A stretch of DNA of 51,965 nt from Octopus bimaculoides (GCF_001194135.2 NC_068986.1:11736599-11788563); one strand, 5' to 3'; shown: positions 24,562 through 37,058, counted from the stretch's first letter. Notes: a model not told the origin generated them from the sequence alone. Program-made: numbers and translations.

Positions 24562-26237
24562 CACCTTATTTTAATGACCCTCTTAAGTACAGGACACACT
24601 CTAATGTTGCTAGAAATGTTTTGCTCTCACCCTAATTGTTAATATTTCTGTTGTCAGTGGACTGAGATGGGAAGGTTAGCCTAGCGAGTGCCGAAAGAGC
24701 GGAGCAATGGAATTAAAGTTCAGAGTTCGTATCTCACCGATGCGACTATGTATTTTATTTATTATTGCAAGGATCGATACAAATAAATACCAGTAGCCGT
24801 AATATTTTCGATATTTTATTTTTATTTTCCTTATTTATCCAGCATATGTGGAAATAGTGAAAATATATTCAAATACAAAAGTTCTCCCCACCAATTAACA
24901 CGATTACGTATTATATATGCAGTAAATAAAAATAACAGGATATAGAAACGTATACGTAAAACGAAACTAAGCAGGCAAAAATAAAACACATTTGTGATTA
25001 TTTTAAATATATTTTAAAAATAAAATACTTTAATTTCTCTAAATGCACAAGATCAGGGAATAAATCCTATCGATGCGTAGTCATGAATTTGAATAAAATT
25101 GTGCGTGCGTATTAAAACTATAATGAAAGCAAATTAACTACAGCGTATAATTTTTATCTGTACTTAATTTATAAATAATGAAGTTATCTGTATCAATGAA
25201 TTTTTATCTCGGATGGTGCGTACGTGCGATTCTTATTAGTACTTTGTAACTTTTCGGTTCAAGGGGTCATTTGTCTTACTTCATTTGCTGTGGTTTCCAT
25301 CCTCATTAAATGAACAATCGGACGTCGTATTCGACGGGAGACTCCACCATACCCTACTCTAATGTTAATTAGTATAGTCTCATTTGAGTGCTCTTAGATC
25401 ACGTCTTCCTAAGGGATTTGTTTCGAATCCCTATTTTAAATCTCTTTGTTAATCTATACTATAATTAATGATACAACTGCGAAACAACATTATTTTAGTC
25501 GATGTATGGAACAATGTCTTATATTCTTGTTTTAATTTCTCACTCTTTATCAATATGCCTTTTCTCGTTTGATTTTTTTTTCATTGCCCTCCCCACCCTT
25601 TTTTGTCTGAATTTCTACTGTTCTAACCGGCTGGTGTAATCTCCGATCAGCGGACTTCCAGATTAGCCATTCCTATCTCGTAGAGAAGGAAAAAAAATGA
25701 GGAATTGAGTGGTTGTTTCCTCCCGTGAAAGAATTTTTTTGTCTAAAGTATAAATTTTTTTAACATTTTGTCCCCCTCCCCTCAAATTCCGTTCCCTTTT
25801 TCAGGTAAATGTTTGTTACACCCGTCTGACGAGGTTGTCTTGTTTAGAAAAACAAAACTTTTTTTGTATAATCGTGTATTTGTATATTTTTTAGAAGGTA
25901 AAAATGTGTAATTTAAAGCTGACGCCGTATCGATATTAAATTAATTCCCGATTCATTAATTCTCCCAAGGTATGTTGACAATTTAGTAATTTCTGACCCG
26001 ACAAAAGCCAAAACATTTTAAGCTATAAAACTTCCCAACTTTAGGGTATAAACGGAGTAGGAGTTAATAAATGTATTCCAAGAGAATTCTTGTTACCTTT
26101 TATGGAGATGTGAAATATCTGTTTTAGGTGTGTACTATTGTTAACCATCATATAATGGGTAACTTTAGAAGTGTATTTTTACCATCATGGGTAATATTAG
26201 GAATATTATAACATACATGCAATAAATTATCAAATTT

Positions 26238-26759
26238 GGATCTTTTTTAAAACGGGGGCCACATTTTTCATTAACGAGACACTTGGAACACTGGTAGAAT
26301 GCGTCATATAAAACATCTTTTTCTCTTAGTCTTCTTAAAAAAAAAAAAAGAAATCCATAAATTATTCCATGTTAAAGTTGTATTTCTGTAATTTCAACCA
26401 ATCACTGACGTCCATTCAGCCGATATACATTAAGTGCCGACTACATAAACAAACGATTCTGAAATAATTAACCCTAGGGTTAGGGTTAAAGCAAATTTAA
26501 AATGAAAAAAGCAAATAAAACGAAGAATCGTTTGTTTATGTAGTCGGCACTTAATGTATATCGGCTGAGTGGACGTCAGTGATTGGTTGAAATTATCGAA
26601 ATAAGACAATTTTTTACATGAAATAAATTCGAATACAAAAATATTTTTCTGTTCTATAACACAAAATAGATAAGTATACGAAGTTTGAAAGTCATTCGGT
26701 ACCAAAAACACTACGTAAAACATTAATGAAAAATGTGGCCCCCGTTTTAAAAAAGATCC
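26238..26759. mobile_element. Merlin-like foldback MITE
   Basis: Perfect 37-bp TIRs (GGATCTTTT...), perfect 8-bp TSD TCAAATTT (26230-37, 26760-67), and a second 71-bp inverted pair (26390-26460 / 26524-26594). Confidence 0.85.
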
Positions 26760-27559
26760 TCAAATTTCTTGGTGCTTATACGAACTGACGTGAATGTTAA
26801 TTTTCAAAAAAAAAAAAAAAATTACATCGTCATCATTTAACGTCCATTTTCCATGTTGGTATGGGTTGGATAGTTTGACAGGAGATGGCAAGGCTGAAGT
26901 GGCACTAGGTTCCAATTGTCTGTTTTGGCATGGTTTCTATGGTTGGATGCCCTTCCTAATGCCAACTACCAACACCCGTACTTTATATGTGGCACCAGCC
27001 TGGAACATGACACCAAATGAAGGAAAAGTTCAAAACGTTTTTCAAAACGAAACTAGCGTTTTTCTATGCGCTTGAAATTCATGTGCGTTTGAACTAAACT
27101 TTTTCAGATTAAAATATACTCTCACATCGAGTGAAATCTCTTCTTTGCCATGTCTCTGCCTGCCTGCCTGTCTGTCATATAACCACTCTCACAGGTTTTA
27201 TGCATTAATATATGGTAGAACTATGCAATGTATTTTTATCCTCGTTAAAAAGTCATTTTAGTGACAGCTTACCATTAAATTTGAAATAAAATTGTTTAGG
27301 AAGGAACTAAGTGTTTCTAGATGTAATTTTAGATTTATTCATCTCAATTATTACCTTTTACCTTCCTCTCTTAATGTTACGTAAAAGAAATGGAAACACT
27401 GGTTCTTTTAATGATTTCAATATTTGGAAATACTTTCTAACATGAAAAAAAATAAGACTTGTCCCTTAAAATCCCTCTCCTGTGTGTGTGGAGGGGACTA
27501 TTTAAAGCACAAGGAATTAGGTGTACATTCAAGACTTTATAAAAGATTATACAGCTGTT

Positions 27560-27950
27560 CTTTCACACATCATTTAACGTCCACTTTTCCATGTTTGCAT
27601 GGGTCAGACGGAATTTGTTGAGGCAGATTTCCTTTGGTTGGATGCCCTTCTTGCTGCCAACCCTTACCTGTTTCCAAGCAGGGTAATACTTTCACAGGAG
27701 GTTAGAAACAATGTCACTTGTACAACAGTCATGCTTGTTTACAACCATCACATGGTCTAAACTAGGATTGACACACACTCACACACACCTGTGCAGGGCA
27801 GGCTTCTTTCAGTTTCTCTTTACCAAATCCACTTGCAAGGCTTTGGTCAGCCGGGGTTATAGTGGAAGACACCTGTCCCGGGTACCTTGCAGTGGGACTG
27901 AATCCAAGACTATATGAGCTTCTCAATCTCACAGACCTGCTTCATAGCCA
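27560..27950. mobile_element. CpG-decayed SINE fragments
   Basis: catcatttaacgtccacttttccatg...ggatgcccttc and minus-strand ccaaatccact...cagtgggactgaa motifs of the common families. Confidence 0.6.
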
Positions 27951-29599
27951 GGCCTGCACCTCTATTTTTTTTATCGTATTTGAGTACTAAATATCTTTAT
28001 TGAACAAATGAGATCAAAAAAGAAAGCCACCAGCATGGTTTCGCAAAAGTTCATTACACTTTCTTCAACTCTTCTCCATAAACATTGTACTGAATCCTTC
28101 TGAGAGTTGCAGTTGACTTGGAACTCTCAATCTGTTTCCTTTTATCTTCCAGTGACCAGTTAGCTTTGTCCATCCAATGCAGTTATCCCTCACTTCCAGT
28201 GTAGGATGTCAATGGATATATTCAGTAACACTGATTCTATTCAATTTAGTTTAAATGCTTAAAACTTCTAAAAAAGTTTAAAATGTTGGGTAAATGAAAA
28301 AAAAAAAACTTTAATTAGTAATACAAATATAGGTGTACACATTCCTTTATTCTGCTACTTATTTCAGTCATGAGACTGTGGCCATGCTGGGGCACCACCT
28401 TAAAGAATTTTAGTCAAATAAATCAACCCAATTCTTTTTTTTTTTTTTTTTTTTTCAAGCCTGGTATTTATTCTATCAATCTCTTTTGCTGAAGAACTGC
28501 AATAGCGACCATGTTATTTCTTTTTAGCTTTAAGTTCAAAACCTGTCAAGGACAGCTTTAATCTCCTCTTTCTGTGGGTTCATAAAAGCAATGCCAGTCC
28601 AAGAACTGGACTTTCTTCCATCAAGTATATCCACCCACCAACAAAATCTGTATGCTTTGTGCTTTATATCAGAAATCTTGATCAAAATTGCTGGCCTTGT
28701 GCCAAAATGTGGAACCAGTGTTTAGAATGAATGAAATTCTTACAGCTGAGTTTTCTGCAAGTGATACTGTGTAACACTGGGAATTGAACCAATGCTTTTC
28801 TTTCCTCTCTGCAGATTTCTTCTTTCTTTCTTCATTGTGTGCATCTCTTATTTCAGTCAATGGATTGTGGTCATGCTGGGGCACTTCCTTGCATGGTTTA
28901 GCCAAACAAATCACCCTCAGTACTTTTAAATGTTATTTTGTTGGTCTCTTGCTGAATTGCTAAGTTACAGGGACATAAACGAAGCAACACTGGTTGTCAA
29001 GTCGTGTGTGGACATGCATGGACACACACACAACACACACACACACCCTCTTTCCTTCTTTCTCTCTCTCTCTCGCTCCCTCTTTCTCACATGTATATAT
29101 ATATATCATCATCATCATCATATATATATATAATGTATAATACAAGTTTCTGCACAATTTCCATCTACCAAATTCATTCACAAGGCATCTGTTGGTCTGA
29201 TTCTATGACAGAAGGCACTTGCCCAAGGTACTGCACAATGGGACTGAACCCCAAACCCCACAGATGCTGGGGATTCACCACAGTTTTATGCATGTCAGGG
29301 TACTAAAATAATGTGCTTCATTAAATCATTTACTAAATTAATTCCTAACTTGATACATCTGTGATCATTGTTAGCAGTTATTCAGATTAAGCCTGGCACC
29401 CACCTCAAGTCCCATCCCTTGCTCCTTGGGTGCCTTTTAGCAGAGGCTGCTTTCTTGTTGCCATTTAGCTCATTTCTTTGATCTGAGCCATGGTTTCCTT
29501 CTTTCTCCTGACCAACTTTAGGATTTCACAAAGCTCATTCACATTCTTCCTCCAAGCCGTAACCCTTCTGATACCAATCCACTTGAGACTACTCCGCTA

Positions 29600-29793
29600 A
29601 TTCTCTGGTGTGAGTTCAATTCCAGGCAGTGACCTGAATGATGATAATAATAATAATAATAATATCAAAAAATACCTTAGGAATGAGAACCCAGGTTCGA
29701 AATTTCCCCAAGACACCTAATGAAGGCTGGAGGGTACATCAGCCGAAATGTTGTATTAGCAACAAACAAGATGAGGACAAATGTAAATAATGT
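29600..29793 (+). mobile_element. tRNA-headed SINE with degenerate hammerhead-like motif (copy 1)
   Basis: B-box GTTCAATTCC at 29614; body near-identical to 30770-30950 reversed; GACAC-CTAATGA-A-GGCTG..CAGCC-GAAA-TGTT-GTATT at 29712-29757. Confidence 0.7.
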
Positions 29794-30509
29794 AATGTGA
29801 AATTTCTTGTTTTAAAGTGATCTAAACTAAAATCTGCCATCAAAATTTCATGTTAATGTTCGAAACACCAGCTTTAATAATGACAAAATTAATTATCTAA
29901 CCGATTTCATTTTCAAAATTTATACAAATGCAGTGCATAGAATATTTCCATAAAAATATAGTACCCAAGGGGTTTTGGCCAACATTGGCTCAGGCCATTC
30001 CCAACTTAATATCACCACCTGATCTTTTAATTTCTCTCGTACTGTATATTAATATTGGTTTCAAATTTTAGCACAAGGCCAATAATTTTGGGGGAGGGGA
30101 CTAGTTGATTACATCAACCTCAGTGTGTAATTGGCACTTAATTTATCACCCTGCTGAAAGGCTGAAAACCAAAACTGACCTTGATGAAATTTGAACTCGG
30201 AACATGAAGTCAGACGCTTAGCAGCCTTTCGTTTGGCATGGTAACGATTGTCAGATGGCTGCCATAGTAATAATATTAATAATAGTAATAATCCTTTCTA
30301 CTATAGGCACAAGGCCTGAAATTTGGGGGAAGGGATTAAGTCAATCACATTGACCCCCCAGTACTCAACTGGTACTTAATTTACTGACCCTGAAAGGATA
30401 AAAGGCAAAGTCGATGACCTCAGCAGAATTTGAACTCAGAACCTAGCGACGGGCAAAATACCGCTAATCATTTCGTCTGGTATGCTGACAATTCTGCCAG
30501 CTCACTGCC

Positions 30510-30548
<39 letters not shown>

Positions 30549-30663
30549 TTAATATTAATAATAATATTAATAATAATAATAATATTAATAATAATAATAA
30601 TATTAATAATAATATTAATAATAATATTAATATTAATAATAATATTAATAATAATAATAATAA
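30510..30663. repeat. (AAT)n-type microsatellite
   Basis: Direct reading. Confidence 0.9.
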
Positions 30664-30749
30664 TTGAATTTATTTTGCATTTGGTTTGTTTGTAGAGTAC
30701 AAGAAGCCTTTCCTTTCTTAAAACTAAATTGATCTATACAGTTCTATAT

Positions 30750-30995
30750 TTAAGAGATGAGAAATTAGGTACATTATTTACATTTGACGGATATTTGTCC
30801 TCATCTTGTTTGTTGTTAAAACAACATTTCGGCTGATATACCTTCCAGCTGTCATTAGATGTCTTGGGGAAATTTCAAACCTGGGTTCTCATTCCTAAGG
30901 TATTCTTCGATATTATTATTATTCAGGTCACTGCCTGGAATCGAACTCGGGATCTTGGGGTTAGTCACCTGCTCTCTTAACCACTACGCCATATG
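30750..30995 (-). mobile_element. tRNA-headed SINE with degenerate hammerhead-like motif (copy 2, full head)
   Basis: A-box TGGCGTAGTGG (30981-91), B-box GTTCGATTCC (30937-46); CTAATGA..AGCTG/CAGCC..GAAATGTT at 30818-30865. Confidence 0.8.
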
Positions 30996-31059
30996 CCCAT
31001 GGGCATATGTAAATTGATCTCATTCTGAATAACTTCTTTTAAAAACATTGGGACTATTT

Positions 31060-31385
31060 TATTCTTTTACTTGACTGCAGCCATGCTGGAGCACCACCTT
31101 TAGTTAAAGAAATTGACTCCTAGACTTATTCTTTGTAAGCCTAGTACTGATTCTAGTGGTCTCTTTTGCCGAACCATTAAGTTTCGGGGACATAAACACA
31201 TCGGTTGTCAAGCAATAGTGGGAAGAGAAAACGCACGCGCGCGCGCGCGACTGCCTTCTTTCAATTTCTGTCTACCAAATCCACTCACCGAGGCTGTAGT
31301 AGAAGTCACTTACACAAGGTGCCATTTAGTGGGCCTGAACCTGGAGCCATGTGGTTGGGAAGCAAGCTTCTTACCACACAGCTAC
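31060..31385 (-). mobile_element. SINE (same family as 36012-36390)
   Basis: Reverse complement of the head and tail motifs; CpG-decayed. Confidence 0.7.
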
Positions 31386-33077
31386 TTCTGTGCCATGTTA
31401 ACGATATAATTATTAAATCTAAAACAGAAGTGAGAGAAATATAAAGCTTACTAAACATAGGTGTTTTTTTTTCTTTCTAACTACAGTCCATAGTTTAATA
31501 ACTACAGTAGATGGTATGTCACAGTCAACTTGTGAAAGTTTTGTGTACCTATTCATTTCTCTAACTTTGAGTAGTTATTATATATGCAGGCCAGCAGTAG
31601 TAGTAGTGATAGTAGTAGCAGTTTTAATAGAAGTGTATCATGTAAACGAAAGATTATAAACGTGTTGCAGATAATTTACTTACTAAATGTAATGTTAAAA
31701 GGAGAAAAAAATTTTAATCTGCCTTTATTCAATTTTGAAATTTTTTTTCTAATTTGGGAACATCACTTTACATTTTGTAGGTAAATCTTTTTATTTAGAA
31801 CGAAATACTTTCCTTCTTACCTGGTACTATTCAGGTCAAACTGTCAGTTATGTAAGCTTCCTTCTGTCTAGGGATTGAGGCAATATGACAAAGGTTGTTC
31901 TAGTAGATTGTATTATATTGTGTGTTTGAAAATATTTCACCATTGCTAAACGTAAAAACATGGTCAGAAAAATCAATATTGCTTAGCAATCATCTGTCCG
32001 CAGTTGTTGTGGTGATTAATTTGTAGCTTGCATGTTGATGATGACTGCAGGGGGGGGGGCCTGGTCAGTGAGGCAATTAGAAATGGTAACAGTTCTGGGG
32101 ATTGTTAGGAATTGAGGCAAGGAGAAAAAAGCAGGCGTACTGGACAGAGATGGTAAATAACTTGTTAGTTGGGAAGGTCAGGAAATGTTGAGAGAAGACG
32201 GTGGTGGTTATATTTATTTGTGGTTTTTAGTTGTGTATTAATGAATGGTGTGGCAATCAAATAGCTTGTTCTTAGCTGTAGTTTAGAATGATTGTGTAAA
32301 TAATGGCCCTGAGAACTGATGGTTACCTCCTGGTTTTGCAGAAGTTACTTAGTTTTGGGATACCATATCTGTAATAAAGTAGTTGGTATCAACAGCTTAG
32401 TGTGGCTTGGTTGTTGCAAGTGTTTATGACGAATAGACAGTCCTAATAGTCGTCCCCCACTGTCTGTCAATGTTGTAATAACAACCTGTCAGATGTCATA
32501 TTTGTGAGGAGATTGAAAGGAAGTCAAATGTGCCACATTAATATCAAGGTATATGACTTTAATGGAATTACAATTGAAAACATGGGGAGGTGGTTAACCA
32601 TGTTTTTTCTTTTGTTAATGAAGAGGTTTGATATTAAGATAATTTCTAATTGGATTTCCTTCACTAACTCCAGGTTCATTGACCTAGGTATCTTTTGTTA
32701 GTTTCTATTTAATCAACTCAAGACATTTTTTTTTGATAACATCACTTTGAGCTGAACCAGGTCTTTTTTCTTTGTCTTCTAACATGACTATCATTTCTCC
32801 TTCAAAATTCTATTTTTGTTTTTTTAAAAGAAAAATCCCTTTACCCTTAAGATTTTTGCAACATTAAAAATTAAAATCCTGTTTTTGTTGTGTCCAGCAT
32901 TTAAATTCCATTTTCCATGCTGATATGTAGTGGATGATAGTTTAACAGGAACTGGCAAGCCAGAGTGCTGCATCAGGCTCCAGTTGTCTGTTTTGGCATA
33001 ACTTATATGGTTGGAGGCCCTTCCTAACTAACACCAACCACTTTACAGAGTTTACTGAATGGTTTTAGGTGGCATGT

Positions 33078-33201
33078 GCGCCTTTTGGGTGGCACCGACA
33101 CGGGCGCCTTTTGGGTGGCACCGACACGGGCGCCTTTTGGGTGGCACCGACACGGGCGCCTTTTGGGTGGCACCGACACGGGCGCCTTTTGGGTGGCACC
33201 G
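33078..33201. repeat. 26-bp minisatellite GCGCCTTTTGGGTGGCACCGACACGG (about 4.8 copies visible, continues into gap)
   Basis: Identical units read directly; lies inside a SINE-like body. Confidence 0.9.
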
Positions 33202-34001
33202 NNNNNNNNNNNNNNNNNNNNNNNNNNNNNNNNNNNNNNNNNNNNNNNNNNNNNNNNNNNNNNNNNNNNNNNNNNNNNNNNNNNNNNNNNNNNNNNNNNN
33301 NNNNNNNNNNNNNNNNNNNNNNNNNNNNNNNNNNNNNNNNNNNNNNNNNNNNNNNNNNNNNNNNNNNNNNNNNNNNNNNNNNNNNNNNNNNNNNNNNNNN
33401 NNNNNNNNNNNNNNNNNNNNNNNNNNNNNNNNNNNNNNNNNNNNNNNNNNNNNNNNNNNNNNNNNNNNNNNNNNNNNNNNNNNNNNNNNNNNNNNNNNNN
33501 NNNNNNNNNNNNNNNNNNNNNNNNNNNNNNNNNNNNNNNNNNNNNNNNNNNNTAGCGTCAATAGTTCTGACTAGGATTCAGTCATTGACAATTGGTCCAG
33601 CTACTTAGCTGCCTTTTTTTTAAATTTTCTCCCTTTTAATGAGTTTATTGTTTCAGCATTAGATAATCTTTAGGCTTTTTTTAGGATAGTTCATGTTTGT
33701 TGTTTTGTTAATGTGATGTAATATTAGTGTGATTTTCATAATTGTTTTGAATCTTAAACTATAACTTGTTCGACTTGTTTTATAAGAAACAAAAATATTT
33801 CCAAAAGTATGTTATATCTTCATTATTGTCTTTTATTTATTTATATACTGCAGACATAGCTATGTAGTTGAGAAGTTTACTTCTTAATCACATGGCTTTG
33901 GGTTCAATCCCATTGCATGACACCTTTTGGCAAGTGTCTTCTATATCCCAAGCTGGCCAAATCTTTGTTACTGGATTTGGTAGAAAAAAACTGAAAGAAG
34001 C

Positions 34002-34049
<48 letters not shown>

Positions 34050-34889
34050 CTCCTTGCCTTGACATTGCATGTCCTACAGGGAGTGTCATTAATTTCTGAT
34101 ATTCTGTGAAAAGGCATCCGGCCATAGGGAAATATCTTACTTAGAAATGGGTATGGTTGGTGACAGGAAGAGCATCCAGCTGTAGAAAATCTGCCTCAAT
34201 AAAATCTGCCCAACCCATGTAAGCATAGAAAAGTGGATGTTAAAACGATGACAGCTCTCTGTCATTAACATACAAAATAGTTATTAAATTACTTTGTAAT
34301 GGCAGCATTGTTCATGTCTGCATATGCTAATTCCATATGTAGACAAGTTACTTAACTTTGGTTTATCTGATTCTATTTCTATAGAGAAACCTGTCTTCAT
34401 TCAGCATCTATTTTCGTTGTTTTGGGTTCATATCACTGTGCTGCATCTTGGGCAAGTGTTTTTTAAAGTTCTGGGTCTACCAAAACCTGAATTTAGATGA
34501 CAAAAACTGAAAAAAGCCCATTGTACATGATTTGCTTAAATGTGCATGTACATGTGCATTTGTGCATGTGTGTGCATGTTTCATTTGCATTTTAGGAAAG
34601 TTGTGAGTGATTGCATTGTCAGTTCTGTCACCAAATCATTTGTTCACTCCTTCGATGACATGTCGGGTGCTTTTCTTTTATGTGGCACCAACATCAGCTT
34701 CCAACAGTAATACTTTTTACATGATTGTCAATCACAAGGAATTAGTGCAAAATTTTAGGAATGTTGACTTTTAATGCTCTGTTTTAGTTCCTTTGAGTCT
34801 CTGTCTATGAATAAGATAAATTTTGATCTGAGTTCATACTGTTGTATAACAGACATTAACAAATTAGTAATCTTCAAATTTTCAATGTG

Positions 34890-35215
34890 ACTGGTTTTTT
34901 TGCAATTGCATGATTTTGGGTTCAATCTCACTGCATGGCACTTTGGGCAACTCTTTTCTATAGCTCTGGACTGACGAAAGCCTTGTGGGTAAATTTGGTA
35001 AACATACTGTGGAAGCCTATTGTATGTATGTGTGTCTTGTCCCTCCCACCCATCATTTGATAAGTGGTGTTGGTTTATGTCCCTTTTGCTTTGTGGTTTG
35101 GCAAAAGAGACTGGTAGAATATGTACCAAACTTTAAAAAAAAAAGTACCAGAGTAGATTTCTTTGACTAAATCTCAAGGTGGTGCTCCAGCATGGTCACA
35201 GTCTGAAACAACTAA
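34890..35215 (+). mobile_element. SINE (same family as 36012-36390)
   Basis: gggttcaatctcactgcatggcactttgggcaa head; ggtggtgctccagcatgg tail. Confidence 0.75.
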
Positions 35216-35896
35216 AAGAAGAAAAAAATGTAATTATGAAACTGAATCCTTGGAAATTTAGATAGCTGATTTTTGTCCTCTTTGAACTAAACACGCCTGA
35301 TAAAAACCAATATTTTTGTTCTAAATTTAGAATTTCTTTATCTGAGAAGTTCTGGTTAATGAAGAAAATGGTGCCAAGCATTGCAAGAAATGGTAATGCA
35401 TTGCCACAAGGAACAACCAATCCAGGCTAAAGGAATATGAACCACAGCAATTAAGACATCAGATAAGATCTGATATTTCTGTGATGTAATTGGCACTGAC
35501 TGGTAACGGGGCCAAGAATATGTCACCAGTGGCTGTATGATGTCTGGAAGGTGTTTAACAGTTGTTCACAAAGAGTCTGACTTTTTACTTTTTTAAAAAA
35601 ATTTATTACAAACAGCTCTGTAATAATACTGGCCAGTATATATAAGTACCTATGCTGGCTGGGGTGATTTCTCCATTTTCACTATACGTTGATTTGTGAG
35701 AGAAAGAGTTAACATAAAAAGTGCAAGATGACTGCATAGCAGGCAGTCAGTGAGTGAATGCCACACACATACACACCCCTCGTGGAGATGTGGAGAGGGT
35801 GTGTGTGTGTGTGTATGAATTTCCACATATTGAGAATAAATTTCGTTTTCAATGTTCTTTTTGTCTTACATTTTGAATAGTGTTTTAATTGTATTT

Positions 35897-36491
35897 CAAC
35901 CCATTAGCATTTAAACTGACCATATCTGGCCCTAATATTCTACCTGCTTTATGTTCAAACTGGTCATATCTAGCCTCTGACACCTACCCTACAATATCAT
36001 TCTAAAAAATAGGCGCAGGAGTGGCTGTGTGGTAAGTAGTTTGCTTACCAACCACATGCTTCCGGGTTTATTCCCACTGTGCGGCACCTTGGGCAAGTGT
36101 CTTCTACTAATAGCCTCCGGCCGACCAAAGCCTGAGTGGATTTGGTTGACGGAAACTGAAAGAAGCCCGTCATATATATATATATATATTTTTGTGTCTC
36201 TGTTTGTCCCCCCCCAACATTGCTTGACAGCTGATGGTGGTGTGTTTATGTCGCCGTAACTTAGCGGTTTGGCAAAAGAGACTGATAGAATAAGTACTAG
36301 GCTTACAAAGAATGTCCTGGGGTCGATTTGCTCAACTAAAGGCGGTGCTCCAGCATGGCTGCAGTTAAACGACTGAAGCAAGTAAAAGAGTAATCACATC
36401 ATTGAAATCTCAAAGCTAGAGGATAATGTATGCTTAATTCAAAACCGTATAAGTATTTCATTTGACTGGGAAATCTGAACAATGAAGGGTT
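35897..36491. mobile_element. Decayed TTAA-type (piggyBac/Kolobok-like) MITE split by a SINE; second copy ~41410-41620
   Basis: aaccc...agggtt termini; halves 35897-36010 and 36391-36491 rejoin colinearly with the 41.4-41.6 kb copy (tatgtt.aaactg.c.a.at...aatc.catcat..aaatctcaa...ttaattcaaaac). Confidence 0.5.
36012..36390 (+). mobile_element. Full-length tRNA-derived SINE
   Basis: ggcgcaggagtggctgtgtggtaag head, internal (TA)n, tail aaaggcggtgctccagcatgg...caagtaaaagag. Confidence 0.9.
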
Positions 36492-36699
36492 TTCTTTTGA
36501 AAATCTGCATTCATTTCATATAACAAAGAAGCTCCCTAAAAGTGAAATTATATTCATTGTATATATGCTATATTTCCTGATGTTATCCACGGTGCCAAAT
36601 GTACATGTGTAAAATATTTCCCCATTTAAAGGATAATACTCTTGAAACGTGTAAAAGGAATAGATGTGGGCCAAGTATGAAATACCTTTTTCATTAATA

Positions 36700-37058
36700 G
36701 GTGCAGGCGTGGCTGCTGTGTATTAAGAAGCTTGCTTCCCAACCAAATGGTTCTGGGTTCAGTCCTACTGCGTGGCACCTTGGGCAAGTCTTCTACTATA
36801 ACCTTGGGCTGCCCAAAGCCTTGAGTGGATTTGGTGAAAGGAAACTGAAAGAAGCCTGTCGTATATCTATTTGTGTGTTTATATTTGTCCTCCCCACCAT
36901 TGCTTGACACATATTGTTTACATCCCTGTAACGTAGCGGTTTGGCAAAAGAGACTGATAGAATAAGTACTAGGCTTACAAAAGAATGTCCTGGAGTCAAT
37001 TTGTTCGACTAAAGGCGGTGCTCCAGCATGACCGCAGTCAGATGACAAACAAAAGGAT
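36700..37058 (+). mobile_element. Full-length tRNA-derived SINE
   Basis: Colinear with 36012-36390. Confidence 0.9.

Noticed and set aside
30960-30995. tRNA gene
   Set aside because: Has A and B boxes but no cloverleaf; it is a SINE head.
31870-32760. Heavily decayed retroelement-like coding remnant
   Set aside because: Composition is suggestive but no motif could be recovered in any frame.
33069-33201. CRISPR-like array
   Set aside because: Contiguous identical units with no spacers in a eukaryotic context; it is a minisatellite.
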